Translations under genes and position numbers: made by a program
The notes under the pieces: model-generated
The model's input: the letters and a program-made list of their open reading frames with translations, nothing else
The model's database searches: none
What the model was told of the DNA's origin: nothing
NCBI GenBank assembly: GCA_964610305.1
Contig: CAZSVL010000002.1
Coordinates: 40,522-104,521, forward strand
Reading direction: 5' to 3'
DNA: 64,000 nt
Source: an uncultured Gammaproteobacteria bacterium
GTDB lineage: Bacteria; Patescibacteriota; Patescibacteriia; Magasanikbacterales; JBBTXJ01
Shown: positions 36,735-47,994 of the stretch, piece by piece
Position numbering within the stretch: the stretch's first letter is position 1
Layout of the letters: every line of letters begins with the position of its first letter

Positions 36735-38735
36735 ATGCAAAAGATGCAGCTTTTTATAGCTATACCCTCATATAACCGTGCTGACGCCTTGCGAACGTTG
36801 CTAGGTCAGTTGCAGGTGCAAAAAACCGATTATGATTTTGTGGTAGTTGCATTAAATGATGGTGGTAATGAGCAGTCTGAGGCGGTTTTAAAGCAAGCCT
36901 TAGCACATGGATTACGTTTGGTGTGGAATAAGACATCCCGGGGAAGCGGTTTGCCTTCTGCTCGGAATAAAATTTTAGACACCATTGAGCGTCTTTACAA
37001 CAGACAACCAACCACGGTTGTTTTTTTGGATGATGATTGCGAAGTGGACGAGGATTTTGCGCAGAGGCTCTATGAAGCATCGCTGAAGTATGATGGTTTT
37101 ACCTTTGCTATTGAAACGGTTGGTCGCTCTGGCATTGTAAATACCAAAGATAATCCTCTTGTCAGTAGATTGCTTGCGCCGGCTTTAGGTAGAGCCTGGC
37201 TTAAGATTGGTTTTTTACGGGGCGGGTATTTTCAGAGAAGAAGCGTGCCGGTGCGGGTGGACCATCTTCCGGGTGGGTGCTTGGCTTATAGGTTTGATAA
37301 ATATAAAGAGCTCAGATTTGATCCGCAGTTAAACGACGGTAACTCAATTGCCGAGGATACGGATTTTTCACGAGCACTAAGTGTAGCGGGGGCGCAGCTT
37401 TGGTATTGTGGCTATTACGGCATTATCCACCGACCACCATCTCGTGGCGGCGTTCGTGTGGCTACTTCTAAGGAAAAATATTATTATTACTGGAGAAATA
37501 AACAGTACTTGTGCAACAAGTGGGAAGGTCGACGCTGGAATTTAGCGGCACGTACCTTTACGTTTTTTGAGGCTGTTGTGTTAAGCGTGATGCACAGAAC
37601 GTGGCTGTTGCCAGCTTGGCTAAAAGCAGGTAGGCAAATTTTTAATGTAGAAAAAAACGAACGTCTTTCTATTCTTGCGCCGATCTCTGGTATAAACCCA
37701 GATTCTACTTTTGGCGGAGAAGTATACGATGCGCACTTGCTTTCAGCACTCAGCACATATGCTGATGTACACGTGCTGGTTCCTGAGGGTGGAGTAATTG
37801 CAGACGGCGGTAGTGGTTGGAGCGTTACAACATTTTCCAAACCAAAATCATCACTGCGCTACTATTTTAGACAACTCCGTTTGGTGAAGGATATTTATAG
37901 AAAAAGGCCATTTGATATATTGTGGGTTCATTCTCCATACACGATGGCCCCATTTATGCTCATGTGCAAGTTGTGGATGCCTGGCATTAAGATACATGCG
38001 CAGTTTTTGCACAGAGAAACGTCTTTCAGTAGAACACTTTTGACGTGGTTTGGTCTGCATTTTTGGGATTCAATGAGTAGCTGTTCTGCTGCTAGTGTTA
38101 AAGATATAGTAGAGTATTTTGGGTTTGATGATAGCCGCTTTGTGGTTGCATATCCGGGCGTATCAGATGTGCCTGAGCTGCCAGTGGAGACTGAGCCAAA
38201 GGAAAGCGATTTTTTACTGCTACATGTAGGAAGTCTTATCAAAAGAAAAAATGTCTCATTTTTGCTTGATGTTATGGCTGCTTGTGGTTCTGATGTGAGC
38301 CTTGTTGTTTTGGGTGACGGGCCGCAGCGAGAGAATTTGGAGCAAAAGGCTGAGCAGCTTGGTTTGGACAAACGTGTACAATTTCTTGGAAGATGTAGTG
38401 ATGAGCAAAAGCATTCTTGGATGCAGCGCGCTGATGTGTTGGTTTTAGCTTCCTTGCGCGAGGGATTTGGTATGGTTGTTACAGAAGCAGCAACTCACGG
38501 CACGCCATCTTTGGTGTCAGACAGATTTTCTCTTCCAGAAGTGGTACTGGAAAATCAGACAGGTCTGGTGCGCTCGCTTGAAATAAATGCTTGGGTTAGT
38601 GCCATTGCGGATCTAAAAGATAACTCTGACAAAAAAGGGAAATTGGGACAAAGAGCCAAGGAGTGGACGGCAAGCCAGTTTAGTTGGGATGTCAGCGCGC
38701 AGAGAGTCCACAAACACCTAAAGACTCTCCTATGA
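36735..38735 (+). CDS. GT2-GT4 two-domain glycosyltransferase
   Basis: N-terminal GT2 (IAIPSYNRADAL...FLDDDCEVDED) and C-terminal GT4 (EGFGMVVTEAATHGTPSLVSD). Confidence 0.65.
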   Translation: MQKMQLFIAIPSYNRADALRTLLGQLQVQKTDYDFVVVALNDGGNEQSEAVLKQALAHGLRLVWNKTSRGSGLPSARNKILDTIERLYNRQPTTVVFLDDDCEVDEDFAQRLYEASLKYDGFTFAIETVGRSGIVNTKDNPLVSRLLAPALGRAWLKIGFLRGGYFQRRSVPVRVDHLPGGCLAYRFDKYKELRFDPQLNDGNSIAEDTDFSRALSVAGAQLWYCGYYGIIHRPPSRGGVRVATSKEKYYYYWRNKQYLCNKWEGRRWNLAARTFTFFEAVVLSVMHRTWLLPAWLKAGRQIFNVEKNERLSILAPISGINPDSTFGGEVYDAHLLSALSTYADVHVLVPEGGVIADGGSGWSVTTFSKPKSSLRYYFRQLRLVKDIYRKRPFDILWVHSPYTMAPFMLMCKLWMPGIKIHAQFLHRETSFSRTLLTWFGLHFWDSMSSCSAASVKDIVEYFGFDDSRFVVAYPGVSDVPELPVETEPKESDFLLLHVGSLIKRKNVSFLLDVMAACGSDVSLVVLGDGPQRENLEQKAEQLGLDKRVQFLGRCSDEQKHSWMQRADVLVLASLREGFGMVVTEAATHGTPSLVSDRFSLPEVVLENQTGLVRSLEINAWVSAIADLKDNSDKKGKLGQRAKEWTASQFSWDVSAQRVHKHLKTLL

Positions 38736-41700
38736 AACTCCTTATTCTAAACGAATATTGTCAGCCTTTTGTTCCTGGCGGAGCGGAAGCAAGCATGATG
38801 CAGTCAGCAAGAAGCATGCAAGAAAAAGGGCACGATGTCACTATCGTTACTCCAAATTACGGAACTGTCGCGCAAGAAGTAATTGACGGTGTTTCAATTA
38901 AGAGATATTGGTTTCCAGCGCGGCTTGCTAAGGGTTCTAGAAAAACCACCAGGGCGTGGTGGCACACCAGCATTTTTTGGTGGTTGTATGGTAGTTATGC
39001 GGTGCTCAGAGCCACTTCTAAAATTCGTCCTGATATTATTCATGTTCATGGCAAGTTTAGTCTTGTCTCTGCTTTGGTTGCACGTTTTTTTTACAAGATT
39101 CCGGTCCTTTTCACAGCCAGAGATTACAGGGCCTTGTGCAATTACGGACTTTGCATTACCAGTCACGCAAAGCGTTGCTCTACAACAGAATACTGGGGCT
39201 GGGAGTTTGCTGAATATGTCCGTATATATACCAAAGGCAGGCCGCAGGATTGGGCTATAAATGCTCTCTATGCGGTAAGAGGAAGGATGTGGTCATCATT
39301 GCTGCGCGCCTGCGCACGCAGGGTTGATAAGGTTATATGTGTCAGCAAAGCAGTTGAGTGTATATATAACAAAAGTGGAGTACTTAATACAACGACTATT
39401 TTTAACATTCAAAAAAAGTTGCCTGAGACCAAGGAAGTGATGCAGAGCCGTCACAGAGCCATTGCTGTCGGAAAACTATCCCCCGGCAAAGGTGGTGGAT
39501 TTTTGCCAGACGTAATTATCCAGAGCCTTGAGATTGATCCAACACTGAAGTGGGAAGTATATACCAGCGGTGGTCTTTTATATAATGATTTTATTCGCGT
39601 CCTAGACACTCATATTAAAAACGGAAGCGTTCTTGTTAGTGGATATATTCCCAATGACCAGCTGCTGGAAAAGATGGCGCAAAGCGCCGTGTTGGTTATT
39701 CCTTCTGTGTGGCAGGAGCCGCTTACCCGTCTGGCACTTGAAGCGCAGAGCGTTGGCACGCCGGTGGCCATTACTGATACAGGTGGCTCCAGTGAGGTTG
39801 TTAGAGATGGGGAAACGGGCTTGGTTTTGCCGCTAGAGTCTAAGGCGTTTGCGCAAGGTGTTGTTACAATAGCGCGTGATACAGACAAATACCGAAATGC
39901 CATTGCTGAAAATAGAGAGAGTCTATTGAGTACATTTTGTGTTCAACCAATTAATCAACACGAGCATCTCTATAAGAGTCTTATTGACAATAAGCCCTCT
40001 GCACTAGGTGTTATGCTTCCTCCAGGCGGCTCTTTTACGGTGCTGGATCATCATGGACAGAAATCACGTTTTATTTTTTATCTGGAGAAATACGCTAAAG
40101 CATTTAATCATGTCTATGTTTTTGTATATGAGCGCGAGGACATACGGGGATTGCCAAGCAATGTCACGGTAGTTCAGCCACCATTTGATATGGACAAGCG
40201 GTTGTACGGTTTTCTCCTTCCTTTTTATCATCGCAGCCTTATTAAACGTTGTTCTGTAATAAGGCTTACTCAGATGGATGGGTGTATTCCCGCTATCATG
40301 AGCACGCTTTTTTGGCGCGTGCCTTATGTGGCCACGTTTGGCTATAAGTACGCGGAGTTTGTAAGGCTTAATGGTAGAATTGCTTTTAGCTATCTTATGC
40401 GAGCACTGGAGCGTGTTGGTATTAGATATGCAAGCGCCGTAATTTACACTACTGAAGAGACCAAAAATCATTTACTAGGACGGGTTGGGCCCTGGCTGGC
40501 TCCCCGGCTGTGGTTTGTGCCCAACGGAGTTGATACATCAACTTTTGTACCAAAAGAAAGAGATTCTAGCATACTGCTTTTTGTAGGGAGACTTGAGAAG
40601 CAAAAGAATCTATTTGCTCTGCTGCAGGCCATTGCTGATGTACCTAAAGAATGCGCCACCAGAGTCGTGTGGATAGGTAGAGGTAGTCAAAAACGAGCGC
40701 TTGAGAATAAGGCCCAGCAGTTGGGTGTTGAGCTTGAAATTATTGATAAGGTGGATCACGCAGCGCTACCCGAGTATTTTGGTCGGGCTGGCATTTTTAC
40801 TTTGGTATCGTTTATTGAGGGTATGCCAAAGGTGTTGGTAGAGGCTATGGGTGCGGGGTGTTGTCCTCTTGTCTCTGATGCAGACGGAAACAGAATATTG
40901 GTAGAGCATGAGAAGACCGGCTATGTGGTAGGCACTGACTCGCAGAGCATTGCCTTGGGGCTTACAAAATTATTAAAGAATCCTCTATTGCAAAGGCGGT
41001 ATGGAGATGCAGCTAGATCCCATATTGTAGAGCGATATGATTTGAGCGCCACACTTGAAACAGAGACGCAAGCATTAAAGAAGTTTGACACTGCAACTCC
41101 TTCAATACTGCGGCGACTTTTTGTAAAACCGTTTGTATCGCTTTTGAAATTTTCAAAGAGAGGCAGTGGTTTTTCTATGCGCATTATCAAGTGGACAGGT
41201 AGAGCCGCAGTGCCTACCCATCCTAAACATCTTTACTCGCCTTCATCTCTGTGGGCGCTTGAGCATATAAAAGAGGGGAGTCGTGTACTTGATGTGGGCT
41301 GTTCGGCTGGTGCTCATAGTATGGCAGTTTCTCAAAAGGCAGGCTTTGTGCACGGGTTTGATTATGATAGGCGGAGGATCTTGCAAGCAAAGCAAGCCGC
41401 AGAGCGTGAGGGTCGCAAAAGTATAATTTTTTCACATGGAGATGCAACAAAAAGGTTTCCATTTGCAGAAAATACACTAGATCATGTACTATTGCTAGAC
41501 ATTTTAGAGCATGTGTATCAAAGAGATGATGTTCTGTCTGAGTGCGTCCGTGTTCTAAAGCCAGGCGGCACGTTGCTTTTGGCACTGCCAAACAGGGATA
41601 CAAAATGGAAGCAGTTGCAGCGTAGTGTGGGGCTCAGTTCATATACTGATCCTGATCATAAAATTGAATATACGTTGGATGAGTGCAAAGAAATTTGCCA

Positions 41701-41890
41701 ACGCTTTGGGCTTGAGGTAGGGCGCGTTGAGGGAGTTGTGGTGGACACACCGTGGATCGGTATAGGTGATGCAATCGGAGCGTTGCTACCACGTTTTTAT
41801 AAAGCCTATGCAAAGCGTCGTGCAGACAAAGTAAAAACACATCCACAGGAGAGTATTGGATTTAGAATTGTGGCAAATAAACCCCTATAG
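38732..41890 (+). CDS. three-domain GT4-GT4-class I SAM methyltransferase fusion
   Basis: ATGA overlap with the upstream gene. Two GT4 units plus a C-terminal methyltransferase (VLDVGCSAGAHS...LKPGGTLLLALPN). Confidence 0.65.
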   Translation: MKLLILNEYCQPFVPGGAEASMMQSARSMQEKGHDVTIVTPNYGTVAQEVIDGVSIKRYWFPARLAKGSRKTTRAWWHTSIFWWLYGSYAVLRATSKIRPDIIHVHGKFSLVSALVARFFYKIPVLFTARDYRALCNYGLCITSHAKRCSTTEYWGWEFAEYVRIYTKGRPQDWAINALYAVRGRMWSSLLRACARRVDKVICVSKAVECIYNKSGVLNTTTIFNIQKKLPETKEVMQSRHRAIAVGKLSPGKGGGFLPDVIIQSLEIDPTLKWEVYTSGGLLYNDFIRVLDTHIKNGSVLVSGYIPNDQLLEKMAQSAVLVIPSVWQEPLTRLALEAQSVGTPVAITDTGGSSEVVRDGETGLVLPLESKAFAQGVVTIARDTDKYRNAIAENRESLLSTFCVQPINQHEHLYKSLIDNKPSALGVMLPPGGSFTVLDHHGQKSRFIFYLEKYAKAFNHVYVFVYEREDIRGLPSNVTVVQPPFDMDKRLYGFLLPFYHRSLIKRCSVIRLTQMDGCIPAIMSTLFWRVPYVATFGYKYAEFVRLNGRIAFSYLMRALERVGIRYASAVIYTTEETKNHLLGRVGPWLAPRLWFVPNGVDTSTFVPKERDSSILLFVGRLEKQKNLFALLQAIADVPKECATRVVWIGRGSQKRALENKAQQLGVELEIIDKVDHAALPEYFGRAGIFTLVSFIEGMPKVLVEAMGAGCCPLVSDADGNRILVEHEKTGYVVGTDSQSIALGLTKLLKNPLLQRRYGDAARSHIVERYDLSATLETETQALKKFDTATPSILRRLFVKPFVSLLKFSKRGSGFSMRIIKWTGRAAVPTHPKHLYSPSSLWALEHIKEGSRVLDVGCSAGAHSMAVSQKAGFVHGFDYDRRRILQAKQAAEREGRKSIIFSHGDATKRFPFAENTLDHVLLLDILEHVYQRDDVLSECVRVLKPGGTLLLALPNRDTKWKQLQRSVGLSSYTDPDHKIEYTLDECKEICQRFGLEVGRVEGVVVDTPWIGIGDAIGALLPRFYKAYAKRRADKVKTHPQESIGFRIVANKPL

Positions 41891-41893
41891 ATT

Positions 41894-43918
41894 ATGCAAA
41901 AAAAGGCATTTATTACCGGTATAACAGGACAGGATGGCTCGTATTTAACCGAGCTCCTTTTGGAAAAAGGATACGAGGTGCACGGACTTATCAGAAGAAG
42001 TTCTAATTTTAACACACAAAGAATTGATCATTTGTATCAAGATCCTCATGCGCCCAACCGGCGACTTTTTTTGCATTATGGAGATCTGAGCGATGCAAGC
42101 GCCCTCTCTCGCTTGGTGGAGAAAATTCAGCCGGATGAAGTTTATAATTTGGGAGCGCAGAGTCATGTGCACGTGAGTTTTGACATACCTGAATATACAG
42201 CTGATATTGTCATGCTGGGGACGGTAAGACTGCTTGATGCGATTAGAAAACTAGGAAAAGATGTTCGGTTTTATCAGGCGGGCAGCTCTGAGATGTTTGG
42301 CCGTGTTCGAGAAGTTCCACAGAGCGAGCTTACGCCGTTTTATCCACGTAGCCCCTACGCATGTGCCAAGGTGGGAGCGCATTGGATGACGGTGAATTTT
42401 AGAGAAAGTTATGATTTATTCGCCAGCAACGGCATCTTGTTTAATCACGAATCGCCTCGGCGCGGAGCAACGTTTGTAACCAAGAAGATTTCTAGAGCTT
42501 TTGCTCGCATTAAGGCAGGGATAGATCCGTGCGTTTATTTGGGAAATCTTGAGGCACGCAGAGATTGGGGATATGCCAAAGAATATGTTGAGGTAATGTG
42601 GCGTATGTTGCAGCATGATACTCCGGATGATTTTGTAGTTGCCACCGGAACAAACCATAGTATAAGAGATTTTGCTCAGCGAGCGGGGCATTATGCTGGT
42701 TATGATTTAGTGTGGGAAGGTGCTGGTTTGGATGAGGTGGGTATGGACAGGACTACAGGAAAAATTTTGGTGAGGATTGATAAACGTTACTATAGATTAG
42801 CTGAGGTTGAGCGATTGGTAGGGGATGCAAGTAAGGCTGAACGTGATCTTGGCTGGAAGCCTCAAACTGATTTTGATCAGCTGGTAAAAATTATGACGGA
42901 GCATGATATGCAGGAGTATGGTGTGAGTGGCGGAGCTCCAATCCTTTTTGAGCAAAACTCAACAGATCAAAGCGCTATAGCTAAAGACGCAAAAATATTT
43001 GTAGCCGGACATAAAGGTTTGGTGGGGTCTGCTATTGTGCGGGCGCTGAAGGCAAAAGGCTATAATAATATCATCAGCAGAAGCAAAGAAGAGCTAGATC
43101 TGCGAGATCAAAGAGGGGTAGACGCCTTTTTTGCCCAAGAAAAACCAGAATATGTGTATTTGGCAGCAGCGCGTGTGGGAGGCATTTTAGCTAATGATAC
43201 GCATAAGGCAGATTTTATATATGATAATTTAAGCATTGAAACTAACGTTATCAGCAGCGCTCACAAGTACGGCGTAAAAAAATTGCTATTTCTTGGAAGC
43301 AGTTGCATTTACCCTCGTGGTGCCCAGCAGCCAATGAAAGAGGATGCTCTGCTTGAGGGTGCACTTGAGCCCACCAATGATGCATATGCAATTGCAAAAA
43401 TTGCCGGCATTTATCTGTGCAGGTCATATCGGCAGCAGTACGGAAGCAACTTTATATCGGTAATGCCTACAAATTTGTATGGGCCAGGCGATAATTTTGA
43501 TTTGGAGAGTTCCCATGTCATACCGGCACTTATTGCAAAGTTTGTAAAAGCAAAAAATGAGGGATCTTCTAGTGTTAATATTTGGGGGACCGGAAAACCA
43601 CGGCGCGAGTTTTTACATGTTGATGATTTAGCTGACGCCTGTATTTTTTTGATGGAATCCTACCAAGATGCTGAGCTTGTGAATATAGGAACAGGCGTTG
43701 ATATCACCATAGAGCAGCTTGCCAAGAGCATTGCAGAAAAAGTAGGGTTTACGGGAGCGCTTCGTTTTGACACCAGCAAGCCAGATGGCACGCCTCGTAA
43801 GCTTTTAGATGTGAGCCGTCTTCACCAGTTAGGCTGGCGTCATCAAATCCAGCTTGACGAGGGGCTCAGCAGTACTATTTCTTGGTATGAGCAAAACATC
43901 TCTAGCACCACGCAATAA
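41894..43918 (+). CDS. gmd-fcl: bifunctional GDP-mannose 4,6-dehydratase / GDP-L-fucose synthase (Gmd-Fcl fusion)
   Basis: N-terminal half matches Gmd ([33 protein letters not shown]). C-terminal half matches Fcl/WcaG ([53 protein letters not shown]). Confidence 0.9.
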   Translation: MQKKAFITGITGQDGSYLTELLLEKGYEVHGLIRRSSNFNTQRIDHLYQDPHAPNRRLFLHYGDLSDASALSRLVEKIQPDEVYNLGAQSHVHVSFDIPEYTADIVMLGTVRLLDAIRKLGKDVRFYQAGSSEMFGRVREVPQSELTPFYPRSPYACAKVGAHWMTVNFRESYDLFASNGILFNHESPRRGATFVTKKISRAFARIKAGIDPCVYLGNLEARRDWGYAKEYVEVMWRMLQHDTPDDFVVATGTNHSIRDFAQRAGHYAGYDLVWEGAGLDEVGMDRTTGKILVRIDKRYYRLAEVERLVGDASKAERDLGWKPQTDFDQLVKIMTEHDMQEYGVSGGAPILFEQNSTDQSAIAKDAKIFVAGHKGLVGSAIVRALKAKGYNNIISRSKEELDLRDQRGVDAFFAQEKPEYVYLAAARVGGILANDTHKADFIYDNLSIETNVISSAHKYGVKKLLFLGSSCIYPRGAQQPMKEDALLEGALEPTNDAYAIAKIAGIYLCRSYRQQYGSNFISVMPTNLYGPGDNFDLESSHVIPALIAKFVKAKNEGSSSVNIWGTGKPRREFLHVDDLADACIFLMESYQDAELVNIGTGVDITIEQLAKSIAEKVGFTGALRFDTSKPDGTPRKLLDVSRLHQLGWRHQIQLDEGLSSTISWYEQNISSTTQ

Positions 43919-44990
43919 GACAGATTTCCTTTTTGTGTATAGGAACCCCGCTCTCAATGAGGTTCTTGATAGTAAAGATGAGTGCGGATTGCCCCAAGAT
44001 TTTTTGTACGGGATGAGCGCTCTGTCGCCTGCGGGCAATTGGATTAATGTCCCCAAAGGAGCCAGAGTGGGCTTAAGAAGACTAACCAATGTTATTGAGT
44101 GGCCGTTTACTCGTTTGGCAAAACTGGGCTTTCCGCTAGAAATATACCCTCAATTTAAGGCCAAGCTTAATAGATCCCGAGTAGTGTTTGGCATTAATGA
44201 TGCAATAGGTTTTGGATTGCTTTTTTACAAGCGTCTTGGTCTGCTTAAGGCTGATGTGTGGGTAATTGCCCAAAGCGTTCATGAACGAGCGCTTAGACAT
44301 TTTAAGTTAAAGTGGCTTACTATGCCTTTTGTAAGGTGGCTTTTAAAAGGAGCTGAGCGTGTATTTGTTCTGTCTGATGCGGCAAAAGAGCCTATGATCG
44401 TCAATTTTGGAGTGGATGCTAAAACGCTGCATAAGTTCTCTTTTGGCGCTGATACTCAATTTTGGAAACCGGCGCGGGGTCCACGATCTAACTATGTTCT
44501 GAGTATTGGTAATGATTCTAATAGAGATTACAAAACCCTTCTTGCTGCCACTACTTCAAACGTACCGGTAAGAATAATTACGCATTTGTCAGTAGAAAGA
44601 TCTGCCGGAGAGCTCATGTTAGAATCGTCTCTTAGCTTTGAGCAGGTACGCGAGCGATACCAGAGTGCCGCACTTGTTGTTATTCCAACCACAGAATTAC
44701 TTTATGAATCGTCTGGTCTCTCATGCGCATTGCAGGCAGCTGCATGTGGAGCTCCTTTGATTTTGCCTGCTATACCGGCGCTGCAGGAAATTTTTAAGAA
44801 TAAGGAGCACTGTCTTTTTTATAAGCCGGGAGACAGCCGTGAGCTCGGGCACTTGATAGAGCAATTGCTTGAGGATAAAAAAAGGGCAGCACGCATGGGA
44901 CGGAGGGCGGCATCATACATAAAAAAATACTTATCTTTAGACGCTCCCGCTAGGAGCATAAGAAAAGTCTTGCAAAAAAAAGCAGCATAA
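43887..44990 (+). CDS. GT4-like glycosyltransferase
   Basis: C-terminal GT4 motif region ([24 protein letters not shown]). The start is uncertain: ATG 43887 overlaps the upstream gene by 32 nt. Confidence 0.5.
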   Translation: MSKTSLAPRNKTDFLFVYRNPALNEVLDSKDECGLPQDFLYGMSALSPAGNWINVPKGARVGLRRLTNVIEWPFTRLAKLGFPLEIYPQFKAKLNRSRVVFGINDAIGFGLLFYKRLGLLKADVWVIAQSVHERALRHFKLKWLTMPFVRWLLKGAERVFVLSDAAKEPMIVNFGVDAKTLHKFSFGADTQFWKPARGPRSNYVLSIGNDSNRDYKTLLAATTSNVPVRIITHLSVERSAGELMLESSLSFEQVRERYQSAALVVIPTTELLYESSGLSCALQAAACGAPLILPAIPALQEIFKNKEHCLFYKPGDSRELGHLIEQLLEDKKRAARMGRRAASYIKKYLSLDAPARSIRKVLQKKAA

Positions 44991-45006
44991 GCTACCGTAT
45001 AATCTT

Positions 45007-45819
45007 ATGAAGGCATTGAAGAATGAAAAATTAGGCGTCATGGGCGCTGGAATGGTAGGGGGAGCGGTTATTGGCTATCTGGATAGTGTAGGCGCAGATT
45101 TTGTTATATATGATCCCGCTAAGGGGCATACCGATGCGGAGCTGCTCAATGAGGCTAGCATTGTATTTTTATGTGTTCCAACACCTTTTGAGGAAGATGG
45201 TTCTGGATTTGATTTAAGCTATGTTCACAGCGCACTGAGTACTCTCAAGGGACGAAAAATTGTTGTTATTAAATCAACCGTTGTTCCAGGAACAACAGAG
45301 CAGCTTCAGGCGCATTATCCGCAGCACAGGATTATGTATAATCCTGAGTTTTTAACCGAGCTTACCACCGAGCAAGACTTTGCTTATCCGGATCGTCAGA
45401 TAATTGGATACACTAAGAGAAGTTTTGGTGTGGCTACGGATGTTATGCTACTGCTGCCATCAGCGCCTTTTGAGCGAGTTGTGCCGGCTACGGAAGCGGA
45501 GATGATAAAGTATTATGGTAATACGTGGTTTTCCGCTAAGGTGGTTTTTGCTAACCAAATGTATGATCTCTGTCAACGATTAAATGTAGATTATGATCTG
45601 GTAAAAGATGGTGTTGCGGCCGACAAGCGTATAGGAAGAACCCATCTGGATATTTTTCATCGCGGTTACAGAGGTTATGGCGGAAAGTGCCTTCCCAAGG
45701 ATACGCGCGCATTAATTCAATTGGGCGATCAATTGGGCATGTCTATGGATATGCTTAAAATGGTAGAGCATATAAACAACAAGATTAGAAAGCAGTCAGA
45801 TTTGGATTTAGATAGGTAG
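45007..45819 (+). CDS. UDP-glucose/GDP-mannose 6-dehydrogenase-family protein, truncated (lacks C-terminal nucleotide-sugar-binding domain)
   Basis: GAGMVGG Rossmann motif and the catalytic GGKCLPKD Cys motif at residue 228. The protein ends at 270 aa. Confidence 0.6.
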   Translation: MKALKNEKLGVMGAGMVGGAVIGYLDSVGADFVIYDPAKGHTDAELLNEASIVFLCVPTPFEEDGSGFDLSYVHSALSTLKGRKIVVIKSTVVPGTTEQLQAHYPQHRIMYNPEFLTELTTEQDFAYPDRQIIGYTKRSFGVATDVMLLLPSAPFERVVPATEAEMIKYYGNTWFSAKVVFANQMYDLCQRLNVDYDLVKDGVAADKRIGRTHLDIFHRGYRGYGGKCLPKDTRALIQLGDQLGMSMDMLKMVEHINNKIRKQSDLDLDR

Positions 45820-45820
45820 T

Positions 45821-46243
45821 ATGTTTGTGTTGGACAAGAAACCGCCGCGCAACATGGAGGTGGAAAAAGTGGGATTTTTTATCTCTCTTTTTTTGTTTTT
45901 GAGTATTATTAATGTGATTTTCAGGTTGGGTGTTAGCGCCAGCAGTGTCAGACTCCCTGCTGGACTTTTTGTGGTGGCACTGCTCGTACTCTTAAGAAGT
46001 AGGTGGAATCGCAGGCATGCTATCTCACTTGCAGCGGGAATGAAGCGTTTTGGACAGCTTCTCAATGATATGGTGGTCGGTCTTGGTCTTTTTGTTGTTT
46101 ATGTGTGTGGAGTTGGCTTAACAGCATTGAGCGTGCGATTGATCAGAAAGCGTCTTTTGCCTGTCAGCAAGAAGGGCGATACGTATTGGCAACAACTGGA
46201 CTTAAGCAAGCAAGAGCGATCAGCATATCTTGATCAATTCTAA
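45821..46243 (+). CDS. small hypothetical membrane protein
   Basis: 2-3 TM helices, tightly packed between neighbours. Confidence 0.4.
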   Translation: MFVLDKKPPRNMEVEKVGFFISLFLFLSIINVIFRLGVSASSVRLPAGLFVVALLVLLRSRWNRRHAISLAAGMKRFGQLLNDMVVGLGLFVVYVCGVGLTALSVRLIRKRLLPVSKKGDTYWQQLDLSKQERSAYLDQF

Positions 46244-46244
46244 T

Positions 46245-47993
46245 ATGACAGTACTTGGAATATCTTGCTATTATCATGATTCTGCAGCAGCACTTATTGT
46301 AGATGGAAAGCTTGTTGCTTGCGCAGAGCAAGAGCGGTTTTCGCGAAAAAAGCATGATAGCGATTTTCCGCTAGATGCCATAACTTTTTGCCTGCAGAAG
46401 GCGGGCATTACAATTGATCAGGTAGATGCGGTAGCTTTTTACGAAAAACCACTTCTAAAATTTGAACGGCTTTTGTTTTCTCATATAGATGGATTTCCTA
46501 AGAGCCTCCCAACGTTTCTTAAGGCCATGCCGTCATGGCTTGGGACAAAATTAAGATTGCAATCAAAAATAAAAAGGACGCTTAAATACAGGGGGCCGGT
46601 ATATTATGTTCATCACCACATGGCGCATGCCGCAGCAGCTTTTTTGGTGAGCCCGTTTAAACAGGCAGCTGTCTGCACCAGCGACGGCGTGGGGGAGTGG
46701 ACCACCAATTCCCTTGGTCATGCATCAGAAAAAGAGATTACCCTTAAAAAAGAGATCCGATTTCCGCATTCTCTTGGCTTGCTCTATTCTACCGTCACGG
46801 CATATCTTGGTTTTTCAGTGAACAATTCAGAGTATAAGGTTATGGGTCTGTCACCTAATGGAGATCCAAGCGTATATAGGGAGCATTTTAAGCAGATAAT
46901 TGATGTAGCCGAGGACGGCAGTTACGCTTTTGACATGAGCTACTTTAATTTTCATGTGGGATCGCGTATGCCCTCCAGAAAGTTTTGCGATTTGTTTGGC
47001 GGGCCAGCACGCGATGCTGAATCGGAGTTGCTGCAACGTCATAAAGATATTGCCGCAGCACTGCAGGAGCGGGTTGAGGAAATACAGCTCATGCAGTTGC
47101 GCCACCTTTACAATATAACTAATTGTGAGAATTTAGTGATGGGCGGTGGTGTGGCTCTCAATAGCGTCTTCAATGGCAAGATTTTAAGCGAGACGCCTTT
47201 TTCTAAGGTATGGATACACCCCAATGCAACCGATGGTGGATCAAGTGTGGGGGCAGCTTTTTATGTTTATAACACTGTTTTTGACAATGAGCGGGATTAT
47301 GAATTTAACAACCCTTACCAAGGCCCTGCGTTTAGCGACAGGCAGATAAAGGGGTTTTTAGAAGAGCATGGTGTGGTGTATGATCAGTTTGAAAGTAAGG
47401 ATGCTTTAGTTGAGCGTACGGCAGAGCTCTTAGTTGAAAACAAGGTTATTGGTTGGTTTCAGGGCGGCATGGAGTGGGGGCCCAGAGCGCTGGGCGCGCG
47501 CAGTATTATCTCAAACGCAAGCAATCCAGATATGAAGGAGATACTCAACACAAAGGTTAAGCATAGGGAGCCTTTTAGACCATTTGCGCCGGTAGTGTGT
47601 GCAGAGGATGCTCCTGTGTATTTTGAGTGCGACGTGCCTGTGCCTGTGCCCGCAGATTACATGCTTATGGTCTATCCCATAAAAAAAGAGTTTCATGACA
47701 GCATACCTGCGGTAACGCATGTAGATGGAAGCGGGAGACTCCAGACGGTGCGCAGAGAGCAAAATGAACTTTATTACGATGTAATAAAGGCTTTTGGCAG
47801 ACTCAGTGGTATCCCCATACTGGTAAACACTTCTTTTAATATCAGAGGCGAGCCTATTGTGTGCTCGCCATTTGATGCATATCGTTGTATGATGGGCACG
47901 GGCATAGATTGTTTAATAATGGGATCATTTGTAATCTTCAGGGAAAATAATCCTCAACACATGTGGGATAGTGAGCAGCTTGCCATAGATTAA
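46245..47993 (+). CDS. NodU/CmcH-family carbamoyltransferase
   Basis: N-terminus MTVLGISCYYHDSAAALIVDGKLVACAEQERFSRKKHD is the carbamoyltransferase N-domain. Length about 580 aa. Confidence 0.75.
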   Translation: MTVLGISCYYHDSAAALIVDGKLVACAEQERFSRKKHDSDFPLDAITFCLQKAGITIDQVDAVAFYEKPLLKFERLLFSHIDGFPKSLPTFLKAMPSWLGTKLRLQSKIKRTLKYRGPVYYVHHHMAHAAAAFLVSPFKQAAVCTSDGVGEWTTNSLGHASEKEITLKKEIRFPHSLGLLYSTVTAYLGFSVNNSEYKVMGLSPNGDPSVYREHFKQIIDVAEDGSYAFDMSYFNFHVGSRMPSRKFCDLFGGPARDAESELLQRHKDIAAALQERVEEIQLMQLRHLYNITNCENLVMGGGVALNSVFNGKILSETPFSKVWIHPNATDGGSSVGAAFYVYNTVFDNERDYEFNNPYQGPAFSDRQIKGFLEEHGVVYDQFESKDALVERTAELLVENKVIGWFQGGMEWGPRALGARSIISNASNPDMKEILNTKVKHREPFRPFAPVVCAEDAPVYFECDVPVPVPADYMLMVYPIKKEFHDSIPAVTHVDGSGRLQTVRREQNELYYDVIKAFGRLSGIPILVNTSFNIRGEPIVCSPFDAYRCMMGTGIDCLIMGSFVIFRENNPQHMWDSEQLAID

Positions 47994-47994
47994 T

